IMG/VR virus record: IMGVR_UViG_3300005719_000002
Span: 1-64,000 of that record
Direction: 5' to 3' (one strand)
DNA length: 64,000 nucleotides
Origin: a virus
Taxonomy: Duplodnaviria > Caudoviricetes
Part shown: positions 26,588 to 35,099 of the stretch, one piece after another
How the letters are laid out: every line of letters starts with the position of its first letter
How positions within the stretch are numbered: the first letter of the stretch is position 1
Position numbers and translations under genes: made by a program
Notes under the pieces: generated by a model
Seen by the model: the letters and a program-made list of their open reading frames with translations, nothing else
Databases searched by the model: none
What the model was told of the DNA's origin: nothing

Positions 26588-28294
26588 ATTCCTTACGACC
26601 TCTCGGTTTTGATCCCCGCTCGTAACGAGGAATTCCTCGCCCGTACCGTTGAAGGCGTTCTTGCTGCGCGGGAAGCAAAAACCCAAGTTTGCGTGATCGC
26701 GGACGGCGCTTGGCCTGACCCTCCGCTCCCTGTTCATCCTGACGTAACAATCATTCATCACTCGAAGTCTATTGGGCAACGGGCAGCTTGCAATGAAGGT
26801 GCGCGGCTGTCTGAAGCCAAGTACATAATGAAGCTGGATGCGCACTGCATCATGGATCAGGGATTTGACCGGAAGCTGATTGAGGACGCCCAGCCCGACT
26901 GGACGGTCATTCCCAGCCAGTACAACCTCTACGCCTTCGACCGTCTCTGCAAAGACTGTGGACACGAAGCCTACCAAGGCCCAACGGTATGCGAGAAGTG
27001 CGGCTCGAAGAACGTGGAGAAAGTGATCGTGTGGCAACCGCGCGATGGGCGGGTAATTAACGGCAAGAACATGGGCAAGCGGCTTACCGAAGCGTGGGCG
27101 TTTGATCGCGAGTTGCACTTTCAGTATCACGGGGAAATAGCCGCAAGACAGCAAGGCGATCTAATTGAAACCATGTCGTTACTGGGAGCCTGCTGGTTTC
27201 TGGAACGAGAACGGTATTGGGAGTTGGGCGGCAGCGACGAGGAGCATGGCTCATGGGGACAGCAAGGCACGGAGATAGCCTGCAAGTCATGGCTGTCGGG
27301 TGGGAAGGTAATCGTTAACCGCAAGACATGGTTTGCCCATATGTTCCGCACTCAAGGCGGCGACTTCGGGTTTCCATACCCGAACACTTCGGTTCACAAA
27401 GCGCGGGAACACTCCAAGTGGCTGTGGAAGGGCAACAACTGGCCGCTGGCTAAGTATCCCCTATCGTGGCTGGTGGAGAGGTTCATGCCGCTGGGGTCGT
27501 GGTGGAGCCAGGAAGACCTTGACCAGCTTAAAGCGGTAGAGAAGGGTAAAGCGGTAGAGAAGGGCAAAGCGGTGGATGTCCGGCCTCCAACCAAGGGAAT
27601 CGTCTACTACTCCCATAACCAGCTTGATCCGGTCGTCGCCCAGACCGCCAGAGACGTGCTCAAGCGCGCGGTTAACGGGCACAAGATTGTTTCAGTTACA
27701 CTGGAGCCGGTAGACCTTGGGCTGAATGTCGTTCTCCGCGATAAGCAGAAGGGTTATCTAACCTATCTTGAGCAGATTCTCAAGGGACTACAGACATCGA
27801 CAGCGGACTCCTGCTGGCTGGTTGAGCATGATTGCCTCTACCCACCTGAGCATTTTGCTTTCACCCCGCCACGAGATGATCGCTATTACTACAACACCAA
27901 TGTCGTGAAGGTGCGCTGTTCGGATGGTCACGTGCTGAAGTATTCCGGCTGCTTGCAGGTGTCGGGGATGTGTGCCAGCCGCCAACTGCTCATCCAGCAC
28001 TACGAGAAGCGCATTGCGCGGTTTCACGCAGACGGTGACAAGTATGATCGTCATATCGGGTACGAGCCGGGAATGCGCCCACCGCCACGAGGGATTGACG
28101 ATTACGGATATGAGACGTGGACTTCCACAAAGCCGATTGTTGATTTGCGTGTCGAGGGAACAATGTCGAAGTCGAGGTGGACGATTGACGAGTTTCGCAA
28201 CAAGCCGAAAGAATGGTGGGAGGGTGATTATGTTGAGGGGTGGGGGCCGACCAAAGGCCGCGTATCGGAATTCCTTCAGGACTTGAGAGCATGA
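26588..28294 (+). CDS. Two-domain glycosyltransferase: ppGalNAc-T-like GT-A with Zn-ribbon insert fused to an ExD GT-A; probable ATT start
   Basis: AGGAGGT then ATT giving MPYDLSVLIPARNE; YIMKLDAHC; ELGGSDEEHGSWGQQGTEIACKSWLSGG...AHMFR; second domain WLVEHDCLYPPEHFAFTPPRDD. Confidence 0.85.
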   Translation: MPYDLSVLIPARNEEFLARTVEGVLAAREAKTQVCVIADGAWPDPPLPVHPDVTIIHHSKSIGQRAACNEGARLSEAKYIMKLDAHCIMDQGFDRKLIEDAQPDWTVIPSQYNLYAFDRLCKDCGHEAYQGPTVCEKCGSKNVEKVIVWQPRDGRVINGKNMGKRLTEAWAFDRELHFQYHGEIAARQQGDLIETMSLLGACWFLERERYWELGGSDEEHGSWGQQGTEIACKSWLSGGKVIVNRKTWFAHMFRTQGGDFGFPYPNTSVHKAREHSKWLWKGNNWPLAKYPLSWLVERFMPLGSWWSQEDLDQLKAVEKGKAVEKGKAVDVRPPTKGIVYYSHNQLDPVVAQTARDVLKRAVNGHKIVSVTLEPVDLGLNVVLRDKQKGYLTYLEQILKGLQTSTADSCWLVEHDCLYPPEHFAFTPPRDDRYYYNTNVVKVRCSDGHVLKYSGCLQVSGMCASRQLLIQHYEKRIARFHADGDKYDRHIGYEPGMRPPPRGIDDYGYETWTSTKPIVDLRVEGTMSKSRWTIDEFRNKPKEWWEGDYVEGWGPTKGRVSEFLQDLRA

Positions 28295-28659
28295 ACGTCA
28301 ACGAAAAAGCTGGTTGCACGATCAACGTGGTAATCAAGGATGAGAACAAGCAAGTGGTCATCCCTGATGCCTTTAACTACGCATTGGCAGACAAGGACTC
28401 AGGAATAGTGCTCACTTCAGGTTCCAAGTCCCCGGCCAGTTCGGTAAATATCGCCATCACCCCCAATCAGAACCGTATTCTCGATCAGGGCAAGCCAAGT
28501 GAAACCAGAGTCCTGACAGTGGTAGCGCCGTACGATGGAACCAACCAGGCAACCGGCGAGTACCAGTACAAAGTTGTTAATCTCAAAGGGGTAGATGCGA
28601 ATACGTCCACTTCGCCGTCGGCTTCGGTGTCTCCTTCGGCAAGTCCGTCGGCTGGGTAG
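28291..28659 (+). CDS. Ig-like structural protein with short C-terminal SPSAS tag
   Basis: ATGA overlap at 28291; beta-rich; ends [17 protein letters not shown]. Confidence 0.7.
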   Translation: MNVNEKAGCTINVVIKDENKQVVIPDAFNYALADKDSGIVLTSGSKSPASSVNIAITPNQNRILDQGKPSETRVLTVVAPYDGTNQATGEYQYKVVNLKGVDANTSTSPSASVSPSASPSAG

Positions 28660-28699
28660 CAATGCAATTACATCCTCAGACTGAAGGCGGACGATAACT

Positions 28700-29494
28700 A
28701 TGCGCCAAAGTGATGAAGACAGAGATAAGCGTCAAATTCCGCATGATGACGTTGCTTATGGCGATATAGTACCGCGTCCCGATCCGACAACGCTCACAAC
28801 TCGCCAGCTTGAGCGCGAGATTGCCGCACTCTCTGAAATCTTTGAAGCCAAACTCAGGGCGCTTACTGAGCGGGTTAATACTTTTGAAACCGGCAGTAAG
28901 GAAGCCTTAGTTGCCGCCGCCCAAAACATTCAGACCGGATTAGATAAAGCCGAAAAGAGCATCGTTGTTTCGATTGACAAGGTTCAGAGCGAACAGCGTA
29001 ATGCCCTCACCGATGCCGAGAAGCGGGTCAATGAGAAGTTTGAAGGGTTAATAAAATCTATAGATGAAAAGTTCTCACAGCATCGAGTGGTTGATGACGA
29101 AAAATTCCGCAGTATTGAGGTTCAGTTTGTAGAAAGGGACAGGCGCACCGAACAATTGTCGTTGGCGGACAAGACGGCCATCGCCGCAGCACTTCAAGCT
29201 CAGAAAGAAGCTGCGGGCGCAACGAACGAAAGTAATGCCGCAGCTATTTCTAAAAGCGAATCGGCATTCACAAAACAGATCGATCAAATCTATACACTTG
29301 TGGCATCAACCACCAAGAGTACTGATGACAAAATCAACGATCTCAAATCGCGCTTAGATCGCGGCGAAGGGAAAACGGTTGGAACACAGGAAACGAAAAC
29401 CGAGCAACGGGATAACGGTAAATACCTGATTGCTGTTCTAGGACTACTACTCGCTATCCTTGCGTTTATTGTGGGCAAAGGTGGGCTTCACTAA
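28700..29494 (+). CDS. Coiled-coil protein with C-terminal transmembrane helix
   Basis: Long heptad helices; YLIAVLGLLLAILAFIVG at the C-terminus. Confidence 0.75.
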   Translation: MRQSDEDRDKRQIPHDDVAYGDIVPRPDPTTLTTRQLEREIAALSEIFEAKLRALTERVNTFETGSKEALVAAAQNIQTGLDKAEKSIVVSIDKVQSEQRNALTDAEKRVNEKFEGLIKSIDEKFSQHRVVDDEKFRSIEVQFVERDRRTEQLSLADKTAIAAALQAQKEAAGATNESNAAAISKSESAFTKQIDQIYTLVASTTKSTDDKINDLKSRLDRGEGKTVGTQETKTEQRDNGKYLIAVLGLLLAILAFIVGKGGLH

Positions 29495-29505
29495 GAGGGT
29501 GGCTG

Positions 29506-30164
29506 ATGGACAATCTTGACTGGAAACTCTGCTGGAAGTGCGGTGAGCGCAAGCCGTCAAGGGAGTTCCTGTCACCTTTAGATGGCGAGTGCCTCAACTG
29601 CCATATGAAAAAGACAGACAAAGCGGACACTTTCGATGTAGTATGTGGACGGGCAGCAAAATTGAGGGGCACGGAGTTTTTAACACATGAGAACCTTTCA
29701 CGAAGTTGAGCGCGGCGGCAATCTTGATTTCTTGCTCCGTGGGTTTAATGGAGCCGTCAACAAGCTGGCAGACGCCATTGGCGGCGGATTAAAAGCAGTC
29801 GCCTTGGCGCTCTCGACGCCTCAAGACAATTCTGCTCAGGTGCAGGCAGAAATTGACAAGCAAGTGGCACTACTTAACGCCGGAACCGCCGTGGTTCAGG
29901 ACGCAATCAACCAGCAAACAAAGGAGAGTTAAAATGGCAGTAGACCTAACAGGACTTCGCGCGTCGGTATCGAACGCAACCACAGTGGACGCTTCCGGTG
30001 CGGCGCTTATTCGCGGCATCTCGCAGATGATTAAGGACGCGATTGCCGCAGACGACTTACAGGACTCGGCAGCTATCAATGAAGTGGTCACGCTTCTGGA
30101 TGGCGGGACGACCGATTTGGCAGCGGCGATTGCTGAGCATACGCCAGCAGCGCCACCGGCGTAA
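29506..30164 (+). CDS. Three small ORFs (29506-29709 CxxC protein; 29687-29932; 29934-30164 helical protein)
   Basis: Packed ORFs with SD motifs. Confidence 0.6.
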
Positions 30165-30344
30165 CCGAACCTTCGCAAACACAGAACCCGACTGTAACAC
30201 TGTGCAGGAGTATTAAACTGCAAAATGTGATTCATGGCGACCGCTAACGTACTTCATGAACGAAACTGGGCAGCAACGGAGAACGGGAGAAGTACAGCAA
30301 CTCCGTTGCAATCCCAGTTGCAACACGGAACATGGAGAGCGTTC

Positions 30345-30779
30345 ATGACCAAACCAACGACCACACCACGTTGGATGCAGCTTGTTACTCATGGTGCGCT
30401 CATTGTTACGATTTTGGTCGGCGTCGTTTCTTATGGGCGGTCGGCGGGGCGGACAGAAGTTGCTCTGGCGAACTACAACAAGGTTCCGGGGATTCAGGCA
30501 AACGTGGACTCCCTCGCCACGCAACTGAACAAGATCGAAGGGTTGATTAGCACGCAGAATGAGAAAACCAATCAAACCCTGGACAGCCAGAACCGGCGCA
30601 TCGACGCTACTCAGCAACAGATTGCCGCGTTAACCCAGCAACTTAACGCCCTTAACAATTCCTTCGGTTCAGTATGGGCGCTCGCTCAGTCGGACAGTAA
30701 CAAGATGTCCAAGCTGGAAGGTATGCTCACCGCAATGCAACTTCAGCAACAGCAGCAACAGCGCAAGGAGAAAAACTAA
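30345..30779 (+). CDS. N-terminal TM plus coiled-coil protein (spanin/holin-accessory-like)
   Basis: GGAG SD with ATG 30345; ALIVTILVGVVSYG TM; Gln-rich coiled coil. Confidence 0.6.
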   Translation: MTKPTTTPRWMQLVTHGALIVTILVGVVSYGRSAGRTEVALANYNKVPGIQANVDSLATQLNKIEGLISTQNEKTNQTLDSQNRRIDATQQQIAALTQQLNALNNSFGSVWALAQSDSNKMSKLEGMLTAMQLQQQQQQRKEKN

Positions 30780-31211
30780 ATGTCGAATGGTCATCCCCCG
30801 CAGTGCGACCCAGCGTGTCAAAAGCTGATTCTGGATGGTGACTTGGCGGGAAGTGTGTACGCGCTCACAGGCGAGCGTATCGCAGTCCAGTCAGGGTTTG
30901 GCAATCCACCGAGTCTAATGAAAGCGCTGGACGCAGGCGAGGCAAGTTTTCTGGTTTTTGCGGAGGCTGTAGTTCTGAGCACGGGTGGTGAGGTTCCAGC
31001 GCTCGGCAAAGGAACAATCAGCAACCGCGTCACCGCGCTCGTAGCCGCCTTCACTAACGTCTGTGAGCAGATCGAGCATCACGGCTCGCTGGCTAATGCT
31101 GACGATGCGGTTGTTGCTTTGATTACTGCGGAGAACTGCGCGTTTAACTTCATGCGGGCGTTTCTTGAGGCCGTGGGCTATACGGGGCCGTGGCCGAAGT
31201 GCCTGTCTTAG
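30780..31211 (+). CDS. Hypothetical protein
   Basis: AAGGAG SD; 143 aa. Confidence 0.7.
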   Translation: MSNGHPPQCDPACQKLILDGDLAGSVYALTGERIAVQSGFGNPPSLMKALDAGEASFLVFAEAVVLSTGGEVPALGKGTISNRVTALVAAFTNVCEQIEHHGSLANADDAVVALITAENCAFNFMRAFLEAVGYTGPWPKCLS

Positions 31212-31442
31212 CCGCCCACCTAAAACTTGTAGCTTTCCCTTGGCGTCAGGGGTAGAATGGCTGGCGTGAGAATCCTCGAAACCGACGACGAAACGTTGAT
31301 AATTCCAATCAACCGGCGCACTCATAAGGTCTCCATTCGCGACGAAACCGATACGCATCAGACTGTTTACATTGAACCGCTCAACCCTGAGCCAACCAAA
31401 CAGGAAGAAGCTAGAGCTTCAACACAGTAGGAGGAAACTACA

Positions 31443-31628
31443 ATGCCGCTTTCGATGCTATTCTGGGTCTTGTTCATCATCTGGGTTTTGTTCGGCGGGT
31501 GGAGCTACTACGAAGGCGGCGTATTGCGCTGGCGTCCGCTTGGTGGCCATCTATTGCTCGGCATTCTGATCTTCCTGCTTGGCTGGGGTGTCTATGGCTT
31601 CCTAGTCACGGGCGGTGGGCACAGATAA
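31443..31628 (+). CDS. Small two-TM membrane protein
   Basis: AGGAGG SD; two hydrophobic helices. Confidence 0.7.
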   Translation: MPLSMLFWVLFIIWVLFGGWSYYEGGVLRWRPLGGHLLLGILIFLLGWGVYGFLVTGGGHR

Positions 31629-31637
31629 GGAGAACCT

Positions 31638-31949
31638 ATGAACGCATTTCTCAGCCACGTCCTTGGCATCAACTGGCGTACCACCATCCTCGGTGTCGGC
31701 GTAATTGTCGGCGCCGTTGGGCGCATCGCGCTGGCCTTCCGCTCCAAGCACTACGACTTCACGGCGTTGGCTGAAGATGGGCAGTTGATTATGACGACGG
31801 CAGGGGCGCTGCTTGCAGGTCTGGGGTTGGTGATTGCGAAAGACTCAAGCGTAACCGGCGTGGGCAGCGCGGCCAAGGCCGTTGACAGTTCAGGCGCGAT
31901 AACGAATGTTGAAGGTGATAAGGTTGGTCAACAGCCGACTAAGGAGTAA
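31638..31949 (+). CDS. Putative holin
   Basis: NWRTTILG...two TM helices...GLGLVIAKD, charged C-terminus. Confidence 0.6.
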   Translation: MNAFLSHVLGINWRTTILGVGVIVGAVGRIALAFRSKHYDFTALAEDGQLIMTTAGALLAGLGLVIAKDSSVTGVGSAAKAVDSSGAITNVEGDKVGQQPTKE

Positions 31950-31952
31950 TTC

Positions 31953-32492
31953 ATGAATACCGATCAAAGCAAACGCGATTTCCTGCGACTGGCTGGTACG
32001 GGTGCGGCCGGATTGGCTCTCGGCGGTGTCATCGCTCCGGTTAGCGCACCTAACACCCCAGAGCCGTCTTGCAGCAAAAAGAGCATCGAGATAGAAGTCT
32101 CAACAGCAATTTCGTTTCTCAACAAAGTCTCATCGCTATTACCCGCCAAAGCGCAAATCATCGCCAAGGTGGTTGGCGCACTCAACGATTTCAATGCCGC
32201 GTATCAGGCTGGGAAGTTCGACTCGGCCGGCGCGTTTCTGGCTAACGCATCAGTTCTGTTTGAGCAGTTGCTTGGCGACATTGGGGTCAATCTGAATCCC
32301 ACGGTGAAGATTGCGCTGGCGATTGTGGATGCCGCTATTTCGGCCATCGCAGTTTTGATGAAATCCCAGTCGAACGCACCAGGAGTCGCAGCGGTCATAA
32401 GCGCGGCCACACCTGAGCAACAAAAGCAGATGGCAATTATTGAGAAGCGCGCGGCACATGCAGAGCAGTTGTTTGCGGCGATTCAACGCTGA
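31953..32492 (+). CDS. Exported/membrane protein with Tat-like signal
   Basis: SKRDFLRLAG plus hydrophobic stretch; amphipathic helical body. Confidence 0.6.
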   Translation: MNTDQSKRDFLRLAGTGAAGLALGGVIAPVSAPNTPEPSCSKKSIEIEVSTAISFLNKVSSLLPAKAQIIAKVVGALNDFNAAYQAGKFDSAGAFLANASVLFEQLLGDIGVNLNPTVKIALAIVDAAISAIAVLMKSQSNAPGVAAVISAATPEQQKQMAIIEKRAAHAEQLFAAIQR

Positions 32493-32678
32493 GATTTGTG
32501 CTCCTCGTTTCAATGTTATCTGACGGTAGCCGCTCAATCCTGAGAATCGTTTCCCAAGCCTCTACTCGGCAAGCCTCACAGCGTCCTGAGACGTGGCCTT
32601 TTTGCAAACAGTCGATACAGAGATTTGTGGGGCTGACTGTTTCGCGGTCACAGTGATTGTAGCGGTTCATGGTTCGCC

Positions 32679-33443
32679 TCAAAGTATTGGAGCGGCGTCG
32701 TGGAACTGCCCCACGCTCTCATTGACGGAATCAATGCGTGTCTCTCCTGACACTTCCACCGCCCGCTTGGGATAAGGCTCTAGCGGCCAAAGTAGCTGAC
32801 CTCGTAATTCTTTTCGTTCTTTCTTAGAGCCGAGGAGGTAGACGTATCGCCCCTTACGCTTTCTAGGGGCTTTAGTCATCCAGGGCTTAATCACACCAAC
32901 GCAACCAGTAATCCGCTTGCCATTGCCGTCAAAGTAATCAGGTCGAACCGCAGTCAGCCCGCAGTAAATCCAATTTGTTGCTTGGTACACCGTTCCGATT
33001 TCGCCAGCTTCAGGATCAGAAAAGGCGATAACTATTCTGTAACCGCGCTTCTCTATTTCTCTCAAGCCAAAGGCGATTAATTTACTAGCCGAGTGCGGGT
33101 GTGCCCAATGAACACAAGCACCCCTGCCTAACTGAACAACCTTCGATGTGTTGGATTGGCCTGCGACTGAGGAACCTAAGCTTGGAGGCGTCGGAGCACC
33201 GAAAACTATAACGCCGCCAAGTTTGCCATCAAAGAAAATACCAAAACAACAAACAGCAGCAGGATACATTGTTCCCAACCATTCGTATTCCTCGATAATC
33301 CCGCGTGCTGTTATGAAATCCACTTCCCTACAAACGGCCTTCTCGATAGACGTGTCAATTTCTTCCCACCATGCGCCGAACAAATTAGCAGACGCATCGG
33401 TTAAGGCTTTCTTTTCTCTTATCTGTCTTTGCCAAGCCTTCAC
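32679..33443 (-). CDS. Mom-like (GNAT-fold) adenine hypermodification enzyme
   Basis: FGIFFDGKLGGVIVFG, QLGRGAC...SASKLI, AFSDPEAGEIGTVYQATNWIYCG match the Mom family signature. Confidence 0.8.
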   Translation of the reverse strand: MKAWQRQIREKKALTDASANLFGAWWEEIDTSIEKAVCREVDFITARGIIEEYEWLGTMYPAAVCCFGIFFDGKLGGVIVFGAPTPPSLGSSVAGQSNTSKVVQLGRGACVHWAHPHSASKLIAFGLREIEKRGYRIVIAFSDPEAGEIGTVYQATNWIYCGLTAVRPDYFDGNGKRITGCVGVIKPWMTKAPRKRKGRYVYLLGSKKERKELRGQLLWPLEPYPKRAVEVSGETRIDSVNESVGQFHDAAPIL

Positions 33444-33593
33444 GCTTTCACCTCAAAGTAATCGAGAGCCATTGAGCCGCTTTCATGGCGGCGCATAGGC
33501 AACGGGAGTATCCTGCAAACACTCCGTTATAATAAACTGCGTAAGTTATCAACCGTTCACCGTTCTTGGTGCGCCAAATCTGCGGAGTTATTT

Positions 33594-34127
33594 TCATTTG
33601 AATTCCACCTTCACGACTCCGAATGATCGGTACTCTCGCGCAAAGGCTTCTACGTTCTCACCGTAGTAAGTAACCACGCTTCCTTTGGAAACGCCTTTCT
33701 TAATCGTCCCATCTGGTAGTCTGTAATTCGTGCGCGGGGTTAGATAACATTGCGGACGTTTAGCGAGCGGCTGAAACCACCTCTCGGACGTACAAGCGTA
33801 AGTAATACAACACGCCTCGGTTGTGCGAACTTCGCGATATTCGCGCTCCAGATAATTGATCCACTTTGGATTCTGAACGAGGCCGAACGGGTGATTCATC
33901 CAGACTCGACCGTGCCAAGGCTGCTTAAGACCGTCTTCCTTGATCGTGTAGACATGCGTGGCTTTTACGAATTGATTTGCGGCTTCACTACTTGCGGGAT
34001 CAAGATCGATACCGCCCATGACACGACGCGCCGCCTCAACGATTTCGACAGGCGTGTAGTACTCAGCTTCACCCGAAGTCTGGTTGATCAACTGATGCGA
34101 TTCCAATGTGCCTCCCTCAACACCCAA
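33594..34127 (-). CDS. Phage DNA N6-adenine methyltransferase (Dam-like), NHPF variant motif
   Basis: EYYTP, IDLDPAS, DGLKQPWHGRVWMNHPF. Confidence 0.85.
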   Translation of the reverse strand: MGVEGGTLESHQLINQTSGEAEYYTPVEIVEAARRVMGGIDLDPASSEAANQFVKATHVYTIKEDGLKQPWHGRVWMNHPFGLVQNPKWINYLEREYREVRTTEACCITYACTSERWFQPLAKRPQCYLTPRTNYRLPDGTIKKGVSKGSVVTYYGENVEAFAREYRSFGVVKVEFK

Positions 34128-34136
34128 GCCGCCATG

Positions 34137-34361
34137 CTACTCTGCGACAGCAGCATTCGCCATAGAGGTCAGCTTTGGGTCAGTGACACCCCGCCTCTTC
34201 CCCGCATCAGACCGCTTAGCACGCGGCTTGGCAGGTTTGGTTGCAGCAAAGCGGGCATCCTTGATTGCCTTCAGCACCTGCATCATAAAGTCCAGCTCAG
34301 ACTCACTGGCGGTCTGCGCATAAGTTGTGAATCGCGTGATGTCGCTGATTCGTTTTGCCAT
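34137..34361 (-). CDS. Small basic hypothetical protein
   Basis: AAGGA SD; 74 aa. Confidence 0.65.
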   Translation of the reverse strand: MAKRISDITRFTTYAQTASESELDFMMQVLKAIKDARFAATKPAKPRAKRSDAGKRRGVTDPKLTSMANAAVAE

Positions 34362-34499
34362 ATCATCCTTTCAATCGGTCGGTTAAATCGCAGGGGAGCA
34401 GCCGTACCTTTGCTTTGATTGACAGCCACTCCCCCATTCCCACAGCAACCCAGGCGACGGTTGCGGCGTCGTCAGGCTGCGGTGTGAGAAACTAAACGA

Positions 34500-35099
34500 T
34501 CACTGCCCCAGCACCCACAACCGCACACAATTCCCACTGATCGTCCCCGTACTCAGCCGCGAGCGGTCGATACCACGCTGGTTGACGAAGTAGTCGATGG
34601 CGGTCTGAACCTGCGCCGCCTCAACCAACCCTCGTGTCCACGGGTCGTGGTGAAGCTCAATGGCGAAGTTATCCAGACGGGCTTTCAGGTCGTCACTCTT
34701 GCACCCGCAACACGCATCAAACAGCTTCGGCGGTACGACTTCCGGTGCTTCCGGTTTGGGTGGTTCTGGTGTCGGGCACGGTGTTGGTGCTGGCGCAACC
34801 GGCGCAGGTGGAATCACAGGTGGTGTGTAAGTCACCGTCAATGTCGTCACGCACTTGGCTCGAATAGTCACAGTGCGAGTCACGAATGCGCCATCGCTGA
34901 CAGCGGTGACGATAGTATGCACCCCAACCACCAACTCAAACGATTGACTCCCGTAATAGACTGGCACTGCTGCCCCACCATCAATCGTCACCGTGAGCGG
35001 GGTATCGGTGGTGATGATCAGCGTACCCGACTTTGGTTTCGCCATTGCAGTTGAAGCGCAGAGTAAGATGATCGCGAATAAAAGAGTTTGGGTTTTCAT
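34500..35099 (-). CDS. Secreted protein: PEGA-like domain, Pro linker, truncated OmpA-like C-terminal module
   Basis: Signal peptide MKTQTLLFAIILLCASTAMA; KARLDNFAIEL...DYFVNQRGIDRSRL...VRLWV. Confidence 0.65.
   Translation of the reverse strand: MKTQTLLFAIILLCASTAMAKPKSGTLIITTDTPLTVTIDGGAAVPVYYGSQSFELVVGVHTIVTAVSDGAFVTRTVTIRAKCVTTLTVTYTPPVIPPAPVAPAPTPCPTPEPPKPEAPEVVPPKLFDACCGCKSDDLKARLDNFAIELHHDPWTRGLVEAAQVQTAIDYFVNQRGIDRSRLSTGTISGNCVRLWVLGQ

Noticed and set aside
20921-28294. GT cassette as DNA glucosylation or GtrABC serotype conversion
   Set aside because: No hydroxymethylase/TET-like partner and no membrane flippase or polytopic GT in the window; not excluded, but less supported than a protein target
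34420-34500. Possible tRNA in GC-rich intergenic hairpins
   Set aside because: No T-loop GTTC, D-loop or acceptor stem pattern; no tRNA recognised anywhere in the window by eye
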